Shown here in pieces: positions 1 to 11,900 of a DNA stretch of 64,000 nucleotides. Where the stretch lies: positions 599,291-663,290 of the forward strand of contig NW_026867481.1 of NCBI RefSeq assembly GCF_020745735.1, read 5' to 3'. The notes below the pieces were generated by a model. It did no database searches. It had not been told where the DNA came from and was given only the letters and a program-made list of their open reading frames with translations. Each line of letters begins with the position of its first letter. Within the stretch, counting starts at the first letter, position 1. Made by a program: the position numbers and the translations under genes. Origin of the DNA: Hemiscyllium ocellatum (Eukaryota).

Positions 1-1165
1 GATTTAGTGTCTCTCCAATCTCCTCCACCTCCACGTACAACTTCCCACTACTATCCTTGACTGGACCGATACCTACCCTAATCATCCTTTTATTCCTGAC
101 ACACCTATAGAAAGCCTTTGGGTTTTCCCTAATCCTACCAACTAATGACTTTTCATGTCCCCTTCTCGCTGCTCTTAGCTCTCTGTTTAGATCCTTCCTG
201 GCTACCTTATAACTCTCAATCGCCCCAACTGAACCTTCACACCTCATCTTTACATAGGCCGCCCTCTTCCCTTTCACAAAGGATTCCAATTCCTATTAAA
301 CCACGGCTCCCTCACAAGACCCTTTACTCACTGCCTGAATGGTACATACTTATCAAGGACACCTATTAGCTGTTCCTTGAACAATCTCCACGTATCATTT
401 GTGTTCTTCCCTTGAAGCCTATTTTTCCAATCCACGCATCCTAAGCCATGCCTCACCGCATCATAATTTCCCTGCCCCCAGCTATAACTCTTGCCCTGCA
501 GTGCACACTTATCCCTCTCCATCACTAGAGTAAAAGTCAACGAGTTGTGGTCACTGTCCACGAAGTGCTCACCTACCTCCAAGTCTATCACCTGACCTGG
601 TTTATTACCTAGAACCAAATCCAGTATAGCCTCACCTCTTGTTGGCCTGTCTACATATTGTGTCAGGAAACCCTCCTGCACACATTTGACAAACACCGAC
701 CCATCTAACGAACTCGAGCTATAGCTTTCCCAGTCAATATCTGGGAAGTTAAAGTCCCCCATAACAACCACCCTGCTGCTTTCACTCTTCCCCTGAATCA
801 TCCTCGCAATAATTTCCTCTACTTCTCTCGGACTATGAGGAGGCCTGTAGAAAACTCCTAACAGGGTGACCTCACCTTTCCTATTTCTAACCTCAGCCTG
901 CGCGCTTTTATAAGAAAATAAAACCTTCCCAGGTAAGCTAGTGTGACACCAGCTTCCGGGTCCGCTCGGCAGTTAAAAAAAACTATAAATTTTAGCCGTT
1001 AAAAAAACAATAACTGGACTATACCACGACTTTAAAAAAACACCACCAGACAGCCATTACCTTCTCCGCCGAGAGAGTGAGGCCGACGGCTTGGAGCTGC
1101 ACGCTTTTATTAAAAAAAACCTTCCCAGGTAAGCTAGCGCGACACCAGCTTCTGGGTCCGAATGA
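1..1165 (-). mobile_element. CR1-type LINE fragment (endonuclease region of ORF2 plus probable 5'UTR-like sequence with a ~65-bp direct repeat)
   Basis: ORF 328-801 reads VVMGDFNFPDIDW...YVDRPTRGEAILDLVLGN...SDHNSLTF, the CR1 APE-endonuclease signature. Direct repeat at ~898-965 and ~1097-1160. Confidence 0.85.
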
Positions 1166-1290
1166 AATGACCGAGCAAACACAGTAAGCAAGAACGTCAT
1201 TCAGCTAAAATAATAAGAGACTCCGCTCTTTGTCAATTTACCATCCAGGTCTTGATCTTTTTCGGTGATAGAAGGTGAGAATGCCTTAGA

Positions 1291-1329
1291 ATGTTTTGTA
1301 AGGATTAACTGCATTCTTGTATTAATGTT
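1291..1329 (-). promoter_or_regulatory. Degenerate 23-bp-spacer RSS of the 1330-1984 V pseudogene
   Basis: AACATTA + 23 nt + ACAAAACAT immediately after ...YCALR. The heptamer has lost the critical CAC. Confidence 0.7.
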
Positions 1330-1984
1330 CATCTCAGCGCGCAGTAATGCATTGCAAAGTCAGAGATCTAAGCTTTGTTGAATTCTGAAGGAACTGTTTT
1401 CTTGGTTTCATTCAAATTAGCAGAGCAGTGAACTGAGATATCTGTAGGCTTATCCCCATGAATGGTGCCATATTTCCTCAGCGAATACCTCGGAACTCAT
1501 CTTGGTTTAGACCATTTGAAAAAGGAGGTAAAGTAGCACTGACCGAAACGTATTATTTTTGCTTGAGCAGATGTAGAGTGGATATTCTAGGAGTGATGCA
1601 ACTGGTCCTTACGTAGGACCTTACAGGTTTCAGATGTAAAGGTCAGGAAAGACACCTCTGTGGTAGCATAGAACCTCTTTTCACTGTAGCTCCTTCTCTG
1701 CTAACAGCAGTTTTCTAACTGCTTGCAGAAAGAAACGAAATAGAAAAAAATAACTGAATAGGGAGATCTGGCTTTTCTTCTGCCATTGTTCAAAATAAGT
1801 GTTTTCAGACAAATTAGCACCACTGCCTCTCTGATCCCTCTTGAAAAAGGAGAACATAACCTCGTTAAAGGCGATGCATCATCACAGCTATCCATATGTT
1901 ATTGTGAGGATAAAGGCAGAATCCCGAACGCAGCAGGCACTTCAAGAAAAGCAAAACGTGGAGAAGCAAAAAGTGCAGTACCAT
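1330..1984 (-). pseudogene. TCR V alpha/delta-type pseudogene (leader exon plus disrupted V exon)
   Basis: Leader-like exon 1984-1930 (MVLHFLLLHVLLFLKCLL, weak phase-1 GT). V remnants read TAVSREGATVK..C...PDLY, VPRYSLRKYG and CSANLNETKKTVPSEFNKA*ISDFAMHYCALR. Stops, frameshifts and an LTR-like piece at ~1560-1625 disrupt it. Confidence 0.75.
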
Positions 1985-3129
1985 CTCAGTTGATCTGGCA
2001 GAATCTGTGGAGAGAGAACCAGTTACGTTTATCAATCAAATATGACTCTTCTTCAGAACTGTGGAGATGTTTCATGTGATGAAATGGAACGAATGGGTGG
2101 TTACCTGGGCATCATGTAAAAGCCCACGCAGGCATTCAGCATCAGACATGGGGACATTTCCTGGTAATCAATGGGTAATATTTGGTCTGACACCAACAAC
2201 GAGCCAACGACAATGCTTCAGGCTTTCGAGCAACCATTACTGCACAGGAACTCTGAACGGCTCAATTTCACAATTTTCCCTGAATCTTACACGTACATTG
2301 AAACCCAACTGGGACAGACATACTAACAAATTTTGAAGTTCTTGTCACCAGAAGATATCTCCAAACTGAACGTCTATGGGAAATTTTGCGGCTGTCAGTT
2401 TGCATGATATTGTGTATTTTTGTCTCTCTTCAGTCTCAGTCCACTTTTGCTCCGGTGTCGAGTCATCTGGAGTGGGGTGGCATTATATCTCTTTACAAAC
2501 ATGCTGTAGAATAAAGAAGGTTTGACACCTTTTAACTCATGGAACCTATTGACAAAATGTCTTTCTTTGAAGTTACACAGAAGCACAGAGACACACATAG
2601 AGAGAAACACAGACGCATGCACACATGCGCACAGATAGATACAAAAAGAAATCGATCGTGAGGGTTAAACACAGATGGAAAAATGGAGGGCTATGCACAG
2701 ATTGACAACTATTTGCAAATACTCAAAGATGCAGATAGTCACACACAGACGTCAATTTTCTTAATTTAATCATTGGTATCATGTTTCTTTCTATGAAATG
2801 CAGTTTTCCGGGATCTCAAGTCGCATAAGTATCTTCTGGTAACAGGAAAAAGAAATTCTGGATTCAGAAATGCACCGCTTGAGAAGGAAATCATGCAGTT
2901 AATCCCACTCCCCTGCTTGGCTCACAATGTCTTGCAAATGTTCACATTCCAAGCCTGACCAAGACTCCGTTGAAAATAAGAGTACAACTGCCTCAGCTCT
3001 CTATCAAACAGCACATTGCAAATCACAATGAATTTCTTTAAAATAAGTGCTGTCTTTATGCCACGCCCACTCCGAAGAATCTTCATGCAAAATTTCATGC
3101 TATTCTGGAAAGTGGGACATGACGATTAT

Positions 3130-3650
3130 TCTTCAACACAGTCGCACGTATGATCATAACAATAAGCAAGTTTATGTCTGAGGGTCAGACGAAGAATGTG
3201 CATGCATGATTGACAGTGTGCATTAGCAAATGAGAGAGGGTGCAAAACAATAGCACATGCATGCGTATGTGTATGTGCATGAGACTGTGCTAGTGTGTGG
3301 GTGTGACTGGCAGAACGTGTGAGTGTAACAGTGGTGAGTAAGTGTGAATGGTGTGTAGATCTCTGAGTGAAGGAACATGTCACCCCTTGCCGTCCGCAAC
3401 CTCTAACTTTTCCCAAAGAATAATTATCTTTTCGCCACTCAGTTTTGGATTATTATTTGTCAATATCGAGCTCACTATCATATGTGTGTGTGGGACAATT
3501 TGTCATTAAGTTTGAAAATAGGTGATTGATAATGTGGGAAAGCGCGTGATTGCAAATGATAGAATATGTATAAGTGAGAGTTTGTCTTAGACTGAGTTTG
3601 ACTAGGTGTTTGAATATGAGTGAGAGAGTGTGTGCAAGTGAGTTTAGAAC
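3130..3650. repeat. Degenerate (TG/CA)-rich simple-repeat region
   Basis: Runs of gtgtgt/gtgagt; ORFs here translate as HTHT-type low complexity. Confidence 0.7.
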
Positions 3651-4059
3651 ATAGAACATTGGACAATACAGCGCAGAACAGACCTTAAGCCCTCGATGTT
3701 GCGCCGATCTGTGAACTATTCTCAGCCCGCACCCCTACACTATCGCATCATCATCCATGTGCGTATGGTAACAGAGAGAATGTGTGCCTGAGAGATAGTG
3801 AGAGAGTTTGAGAATGAATTTTGTGAATTTGACAGAGTGAACATCTCACTAATACCGTCCCAGTATCCTTCTACAAATTCCTCCATACCTGTGCTCGTCT
3901 AATTGTGCTCTCTTCTACATTACTTCAATCCAAAGTCTATCAATGTTTTTTGTGCATTTAACTGCGGAAGACTTATTCTTTTGAGATTATATCATCAATG
4001 ACTTTCTGCCTTGTTCAGTACGTGGCATTTAATCGTAATTCTTCAAAAGAATTTTTTCA

Positions 4060-4880
4060 GAATCATAGGGTCATCAAGTCCTACAGCATGGAGGCATGTC
4101 CTTTAGCCCAAATTGTCCCAAGCTTATCAAAATAACCGTCGACGCCAACCCCATTTCCCTGCATTTGGCCCATATCCTTCTAATTATTTCCTACCGAAAT
4201 ATTTGACTAAATGCCTTTTAAATGTTGTTAACGTACCTGCCTCAAACACTCCTGCTGGTAGCACTTTCCATCTGCGTAATAGCCTCTGTGTAAAAAAATA
4301 AATTGCCTTCAGATTCCCTTTTCTTTTTCCCCTCTGCAGATACGTCCTAGTCCTCTATTCCCCAAGCCAGCAAAAAATACTGAGTGCATTAACACTGTCC
4401 ATGCTTCTTCTGACTTCATGCACATCTAAAAGGTTCCCCCAGTCTCCTATTCTCTAAGGAAAGCTCTCATAGCCTGTCAAATCCCTCCCTATAACAGAAA
4501 CGATTGAGTCCGTGGAAAATTCTTGTAAATTTCTTCTTCACTCTTTCCAGTTTAATAACATCCTTCAGATATCAAGGTGACCAAAACTGAACACAATACT
4601 CCGCCTGCGGCCTCACCAACATCCTGTATAATTGAAAAGTAACTTCCCAACTTCTATACTCAATATCCTGGCTGATGCAGTCCAGTGTGCCAAAAGTCTT
4701 CGTCACTGCTCTTTCTACCTGTGACGCCACTTTCACAGCAATGTGATCCTAAACTCCAAGATCCCTCTGTTCCACTACTCTCCTAAAGGCCCTAATATTC
4801 TCCATGCAAGTCCGACCATGATTTGACTTTCCAAAATGCAATACCTCATACTTATCTATATTGAACTTCATTTGCCATTT
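4060..4880 (-). mobile_element. CR1 LINE 3' fragment (RT C-terminus and 3' tail)
   Basis: agaatcatag-type tail followed by reverse-complemented CR1 3' ORF2 sequence (ggtgaccaaaactgaacacaatactcc..., gcctcaccaac...). Confidence 0.75.
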
Positions 4881-6509
4881 CTCGCTTACATCCGTAATTC
4901 TGCAGGTTAAATGAATAGTGAGGAAAACCTAGTTCAAACTCTTTTTACAACAACTCAGACTTCATTTCAGACATCTTGCTATGGATTATTGCATAGGAAC
5001 GAAATGTTTCAATGAAGATCGTACCGTGATTGAGTTCTCATAGTTCATTTCTTATGCTGTAATAAGATCACAGTACAAACTGCATGCTACTGCATTATGC
5101 CATAAAAGTACTTCCTTAAGCAGAAAAAAATCGGAGTTTGCTACATTCGAGTAAGACCTAATGTCCAACAATTCAGTTGATTAATGTTACAAGGCCATAT
5201 GCAAAGATCAAGATTTAAGCCATATTATAAATGGTATGTCCATTAACACATTCGTAAGAAATTGAATTACATTTTATAGTAGTCCATAAAGCAAGCTCTG
5301 ACAATGCATTATAGTTTACCACAGCAAAGTATAATGTCACACAAAGTGCATGCATATAACGAAAATTGGCTACAGTCCCTTTCATTTAGATAGTGCCAGA
5401 TGTTGGAAAAAACATCATCTCAATTCTGAAAGGAGAGGTGCCTCATATCCAGAGGTTCAAGTAAATTTAAATAACTCATTTGTGATCTATTCCTCCCCAG
5501 GAATACCAATTACTAGGAGAATCAGGTACAAGATGACAGAGAAAGGGTCATCGGTATGTCCATAGATCGTCTTTCAGAAACGAAAATATTTCACAACGTG
5601 GAGTAACTCAGCTTTATCACATATCCCAGTTGACCCTCGTTTATTTCTTCTGAGAGTCTGTAGGACAACAGTAACACTTCAACCTCAAGTTTGCTTACAA
5701 TCTATTTCAAAAACAGATAAAATCAAAGTTCTGTGCCTTGCATGACTAACTTTGTAAGTGAAACTTTGTTACATCTGTAGGCAAAATGCTGACGGCATCC
5801 CTCTATCCATAATCTATATCTTCAAATTCTGCATTGAATGGTACTGTTTATTTTAAGTACTGAGATGATATCGAATTTCTAAATTTAAACATCTCTTCCA
5901 TGTTCTAAATTGTTTTATTCATTTCGTTGCCAAATTAAATTAAACTTTCGTTCATTGGAAATTATTTTAATGTTTCAGCATTAACGTCATGTGAATCATT
6001 AAATACATTTATACCACATCTGTTTGAACAATCATGCACTATATGAGAGTGTATCGGAGGTAAATACCATCGCATGCAAATTCTGTGCAATGTGCAACTG
6101 TAGGCCTCTTCCGTGTTTTCTGCTAAACTGTACATCCAGGAAGGATCTCCAAATAGTTGATCCTCGTTAATGGATGTAGTATTAGCTCCTACATGGCATG
6201 ATACAATTCAGAGAGTTATGATTGAGCGTTATCATGCCTGATCCGTGGCTTATATCTATCATTTCAAATGCACTGGCAATTGAGGCATGATGAATATAAT
6301 ATCTGATATTACATGCTCTGGGTGATCTTGATTGAGAATGAGCCGAATATAATATGAACAGTGACAACATGGTTAATTGGGAGAATTACGTGTAGCTTAA
6401 CCGGAATAACGGAAGTGGGGTGTAGTGGGGGGGGGGGGGTGGGGGTGCAATGAGAGATGACATGCGGTCCATTGCATTATGCTTTGATGGTCATAACACT
6501 TAATTGTAA

Positions 6510-6945
6510 AGTTAAAAACCAAACACCAGCATGTTATAATCCATCAGGTTTAATTAGAATTACAAACTTTCAGGGGGCTGCTCCTTCATCAGGTAGGTAT
6601 TTAGGCAGAATCATCAGACAGAATTTATGATAAAAGTGTCATACACCTTACGCAATGCATTAAAAAATACTAGATTGCTTTAACACTTCGAATGTTGCAG
6701 ATTTCAATTCATCAGTATGTAAATCCCAAAATTTCTTTCAAGTCACACTCCTGAGGTAATGTAACGGCTTATTTAAAATAGTTGATATCTCAACTCAGAC
6801 AATGTCTGATCCTGCCGCACTAGCTTCCTGATGAAGTAGAAGCACTCTGAAAGCTTTTACATCCAGAAAGTCTGTTGAGCTACAAACTGGTGTTGTGCGA
6901 TTTTTAATTTTGTCAACCACAGTCCAACAGTGGCACCTACACATC
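6510..6945. mobile_element. Non-autonomous Penelope-like element with inverted termini
   Basis: ...ctgctccttcatcagg near the left end and cctgatgaag...ctctgaaagc...ggtgttgtgcgatttttaa near the right end, the usual shark Penelope-type inverted ends. Confidence 0.6.
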
Positions 6946-9900
6946 AAAATAATTACAAATATTGATGAGAATAGACTATTAATTAAACAGGCATTGTCAA
7001 TGTAATACAGAATGATGCGCCATACAGATCGGAAATTTTCGGCTCTAATTTAATACAAAAAGAGAAATGATCCAACTGAGTACGAACACCTGCGCATTCA
7101 AGTTTAATATAAACGAAAATAGGAACAAGTGTAATACAAATAAACATAGGGTCGACCGTAACATAAATCGAAGCAAATTCATTTGAAATAGCGGCAATAA
7201 CATTGCATCGTTCAACACTGGTCGACACAACGTCTGGTGTGAGGAAGGAAACATGTCAACATTCAGGGAGGACAACAAATTTGTTCCAAGGATGATCGAT
7301 TGAAGAAGTAATTGAGTCAGTCACAGAAAGTATCTAGTGTAATAATTGATTGGACTATTTAATTTAGCACGTGTCCAGAGCACTTAAGTGAGTGGCAGTG
7401 TCAGAGCTCTATGTCTGGAGAATGTGCTTCAAGTCCTATCTGTTCCTGAGGTGTGTAGTATTCTCCAAACAAGTAGGTCTGCTTATTAAAGACACATATG
7501 ATGTTGTGATAATGATTCGGTGGGTGAAATATGAAGAGACAAAGAGTAAGAGAGTGTCACAATAGTCATAAAAATAGTCAAAACACTTACGCAGGCAGAC
7601 GTTAATTACCATCAAGGTAATAACAATTCAAATTATAGCACAGAACAAAAAGATTTTGCCAATGAGATACATTTGTCTCTGCTCACAAAAATCCATATTA
7701 TGTCACTCCCCTGTGTTCTTCTTGCAGCATAGAATATTTGATGTTTAGAACAGCAATAAAATATAGAAACATTCACAGCAGGAAAGTAAACTCCTCTGAA
7801 CGTCGGACCTATGCTGGCTGAGAAAAGAGTCATCAAATCAACTTCCATTTCAAAATATGCGTTCAATTAACTTTGAGGTTTAGTATTTATGGTGTTAGTA
7901 CCTTTGCTAAACAGGTTATTGGTTATCGTCTCTTTTGTCGTTTCAGGTCGAGTTTTCCACACCATACACAACGTCCAGGATTTAAAAAAAAAGAAAATGT
8001 TCATCTCTACGCTAAACGTTTTATCAATGACTATTAACCTATGAAATTCAGTCACTGACGTGTTAAGCAAGGAAAATCCATCTTTCAACCCATTTTATCC
8101 AGGCCCCTGAGAATCTTGAACAAGTCCAGAAAGCCTCCCCTAAAGCTCCTCACCATCAAAGAAAAAAACTACAGACTCTATATACTTCCCCAGTGGTTTA
8201 TTTTCCAGTCCTGGACAATCTGCATAAATACCACTATTGCACTCTTGAGTGTCATTACAGCTTCAGCAACAATGTTACGGTAAAGTAATAACCAGGGCCG
8301 AGTTAGACATCATCAAGGATCAAAATTTAATCACGAGTTTCTACACACAGTTTTATTTTAGGTCAAATGGCGTTTAACAACTGTGTTAAAGGTTTTGCTT
8401 AGTTACTTGCTGAGCTGTGAAGTATTCGACTGGGATAAAATAAATAAATGGAAATGGGACAGAACTTTTTTGCAGAGTGGAAATCACCACAAGCTTTCCA
8501 TGCATCTGAAATGTTAGTGGGTAATTTACACTTAACAATTGACACCATGTTGAGCTTTTCTCTTATTATGAAGACATTTATGTTTACAAAGACATTGATG
8601 CCATTTATGTATTTCCTGATCTAGGAATGCAAATCTTTGGACTTCCAATCAAAAATGGACATGCTATTGACAGTCCTCTAGTCTCCCATGATCTCATTAG
8701 TTTGGCCGCACATATTTATAATGAGACCTAGGGATCTTACAATCCATCCCATTAAGTTACATTCCCATACTGGCGGTTATATTCCTTATCAAATTCTGTT
8801 ATTCATTTTACATCTCCTCGTGACCTTGTCACAGGAGACATAAAAAGTGTCAGTTAATTCGTAATAATTACTATAACATTCATAATATCAGTTACAATAT
8901 AAAACTACATATTTATGAAGTTATATGACGAATCCTAATTTTGGAATGTTTGAGCCAACGAGATATGAGCATATTCTGCCCCACCTCAACTTGTAATATC
9001 AAACAAACACTATATCTCTAACTTGCTGCTGCAAATATAACTCTTTCGATTCACACACTCTCTTTAACTGCATTTTAAATAGACGACTGCTTTAACGACG
9101 GAATTTACTGTCTCTAATTATTTCTACACTAACTACTTTCCTTAAAATATTGACACTTATTTAAATTCAAAGCAAGAAAGACACTCAATAACTTCCCCAG
9201 ATTTGAATACTTGTCTGAATTCCTAAGGTGTTAAAATCTCTGCCCTTCCCACCGTAATCCTTGGAATTAAGAATGGTCATTTGCGTTGTGAAGCTGCCAT
9301 TGTTTATTTTCACGAATTCTAGCTGGTGACCATCAACGGGTTATGTGCATGCCCATGGTCTTTCAGTACCCCTTGCCGAAGGAACATAGTCTGTTTATAT
9401 CCCTCTGTTTTAAACAATTGCAACCAAATTTCTTAACGTTCAGTGTAGATTCCTTTCTTAATTTATCCATTCCCGATAACCAGAAGATTCCACGCTGTTT
9501 TAGGATCATGTTTTTTTAAAAAAATTCTGGTGAAAATGCAGACTTTGGACTGATTGTTCCAAACATTTCCGAACATGCTGCCACTCACACATATCAGCAT
9601 ATAGAATTTTCTGTATTTTACTTTTCAACAATCTTTGTTCATTCTGTTACCCTGGAATAATATTTTCCTCAAAGCTACCATTGTCCTCACTTAGGGAATT
9701 GTTCAATTCTGAACTCAGAAAGTTACTTCTGCTCGTATGGGTAACGGATTGTTTTACCGCCATATCTATGCAAATAAAGATTGACAAGCAGCTACCTTGT
9801 GCCACTTCTGGACTTGGGCTGTCCAAACATGCACACTTACCACCACTTCCTTAAATGAACAATGAAGGAGCATAAACCAAAACGAGATGGCAATTTATGG

Positions 9901-10020
9901 AGATATTACTAGAATTGAGATGTTTTAACTGTCAGAATGTGTAGGAGTGGGTAGCATTCTCCAATAACGAGAAAATGAAAGGATATCTTTACTGATGTCT
10001 GTCCGATAGTGAAATCTCAG

Positions 10021-10784
10021 CTTCTGAATGCAGTGGTGAATGTTCCTCTTGAGGTATGCACTGGATTACATGCATCCATTCCGGTTGACCTTTGGCCATG
10101 ACGGCTGTACAGGTCACTACAAGGACGAGGTATGGGTTCCCTCCCTCCCCCCGTCCTACGTGAATGTCAGCTTTGATGAGTATTAGTTAACTTATGCAGA
10201 TATTTCAATCTTGTCTAGCACTGTTGTGGCATTAGTCTCAGTCATTGGGATGGTTCTCATTCATTTAGTAAATGCGTATATCATTATTAGACAATATTCA
10301 TCACCTTGTACTGGAGTGAATTCTGTAAAATCAAATTGTAGCAAACTGAAAGGGCCCACCAGCAAGAGGGTGTTTCTGGAACCCTATTTGCCCTTATGTG
10401 TACAATTGTATAGCTAATAGGTTAAAATATGCAGCAGCAAAGAAGGAATATAAACTTGTCCCACCTGAATCACCCATAGCTTCGTTTGAGTATGGAGGGA
10501 ACACACCATTTGCATCCTTTTTTATGCTCTTCAGTCGGGGACTCGCCTGTGATTTCTGTATGTTACCAAGCTCTGGCATACCCGTCCGTATATTGTCTCC
10601 AAACAGGTTTTGCTAGAGCCCAAAGGGACCAGTTGTTCAATGCGTAAGGTTGGCTGCTTGGGGAGGGAACCATCCCTCGTCCTTTTAGTGGCCCGTACAG
10701 CCATCATGGCCAAAGGTCAACCTGAATGGACGCATGCAATCCAGTGCATACCTCAAGAGGAACATTCACCTCTGCACTCAGAAG
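10021..10784. repeat. Inverted repeat, arms ~10021-10144 and ~10661-10784
   Basis: Arms of ~124 bp are reverse complements with about 11 differences by eye. Confidence 0.9.
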
Positions 10785-11900
10785 AAGGGCTTATGCCCGA
10801 AACGTCGACTCTCCTGCTCCTCGAATGCTGCCTGGCCGGCTGTATTTTTCCAGCACCACATTTTTCAACTCTGGTACTCCAGCATCTGCCATCCTCACTT
10901 TCTCCTGCTTGGCAGCAGCACCTACCCACTCACTCCCTTCGGAGACTGTATCAGTTGCATCAGTGTGAACTGAACATTTGATAACTGCCAGACTGGTTGG
11001 ACCAAGCAGCGTTGCTAAGAGGTTGTCGTGTGGAGGATAAATCCTCCATGTTCTCACACGGCTCCATCATAGTGGGCCACGTCAAAAGCACAACAGAAGT
11101 GTTTCTTTTTTAAGATTTTCCTTGAGGGATTATGCAAGCATGCTGATTCTTGCATTAGTTGCAACGCAGCAAGAAGGGCAATTTGCTCCTCAGTGGCCAT
11201 ATTTCCACTGTTAAACTAAATGCTAGCCATTTCTCCCTGGGAGATCTTTGCTGTCTTGTTCCCAGTGACAAAGTTGTAGCACCAGTGTGTGCCTGTCTGT
11301 TTTCCAAAGTCCCTAACTGAAGTGTTGCTCAGCAGTGGTCGCAGGGCGGGCAACTGTGGTAGGTTCTACCGTAGTGGGTTGACTGGTTTTGAACAATATC
11401 ATTGAACTTGACACATGGTGTTTAGGGATCGCGAGGTCACGAGATATATTTGGTTTTACCTGTAATTTGGGTCTCGCTCTGGCCATCCGAGCAAAAGATC
11501 ACTGCTCGCCTCATTTGCGACCGGAAATTCTTAGGCGAATTCATATTGTTTGTCCTCAACATGTCACATCAGAAGGAATACCAATAAACAAAGGCTTCTC
11601 ATTTAAGACAGGATCGCCTGCAAACTTCCCATAACAGACAACAAGTCGCTCCCAATAATCACTTTCTGACTCCCAAGGTTTGAAATTGCATTTCAGTGCA
11701 TCACAAACACTTACAGGTTGTTGTAAAGCTTGTTTTAATGACTGGATAAAGTGATCTGTTTCGTCTTCATTGTCGGGGAATCTTTCCGTCAAGTCCTCGT
11801 AACGATGGACAAGCCCAAGGATTGGCATTATACATCTACATTGTCCTGCAGACGCATTGAGCAAAGTGGGCTGGATTCTCCTTGTGGTAAGGGGATTAGT
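10150..11900 (-). mobile_element. Class I-like endogenous retrovirus remnant: gag (two degenerate CCHC knuckles) joined to RNase H-integrase, with PR/RT missing
   Basis: Capsid-like ORF 11556-11864; knuckle remnants WCYNF..G and NSGKYGH*GANCP; RNase H tail LAVIKCSVHTDATDTVSEGSEWVGAAAKQ; integrase GGPFSLLQFDFTEFTPVQGDEYCLIMIYAFTK*MRTIP. Confidence 0.75.
10783..10910. mobile_element. Short Penelope-derived terminal repeat inserted in ERV pol
   Basis: gaagaagggcttatgcccgaaacgtcgactctcctgctcctcgaatgctgcc...ctttctcc; the same motif occurs inverted at ~30055-30145. Confidence 0.75.

Noticed and set aside
1930-2010. Hydrophobic stretch with Lys (MVLHFLLLHVLLFLKCLL) first read as a charged TM exon of an activating receptor
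   Set aside because: Its position ~200 nt upstream of a V remnant and its phase-1 end fit a V leader exon better.
7470-7680. Minus-strand hydrophobic exon-like stretch ending in a gtaagt donor
   Set aside because: Internal stop, and the downstream sequence shows no V or GPCR similarity in any frame.
9768-9775. Ig-promoter octamer ATGCAAAT
   Set aside because: Single 8-mer with no downstream leader or V exon; expected by chance.
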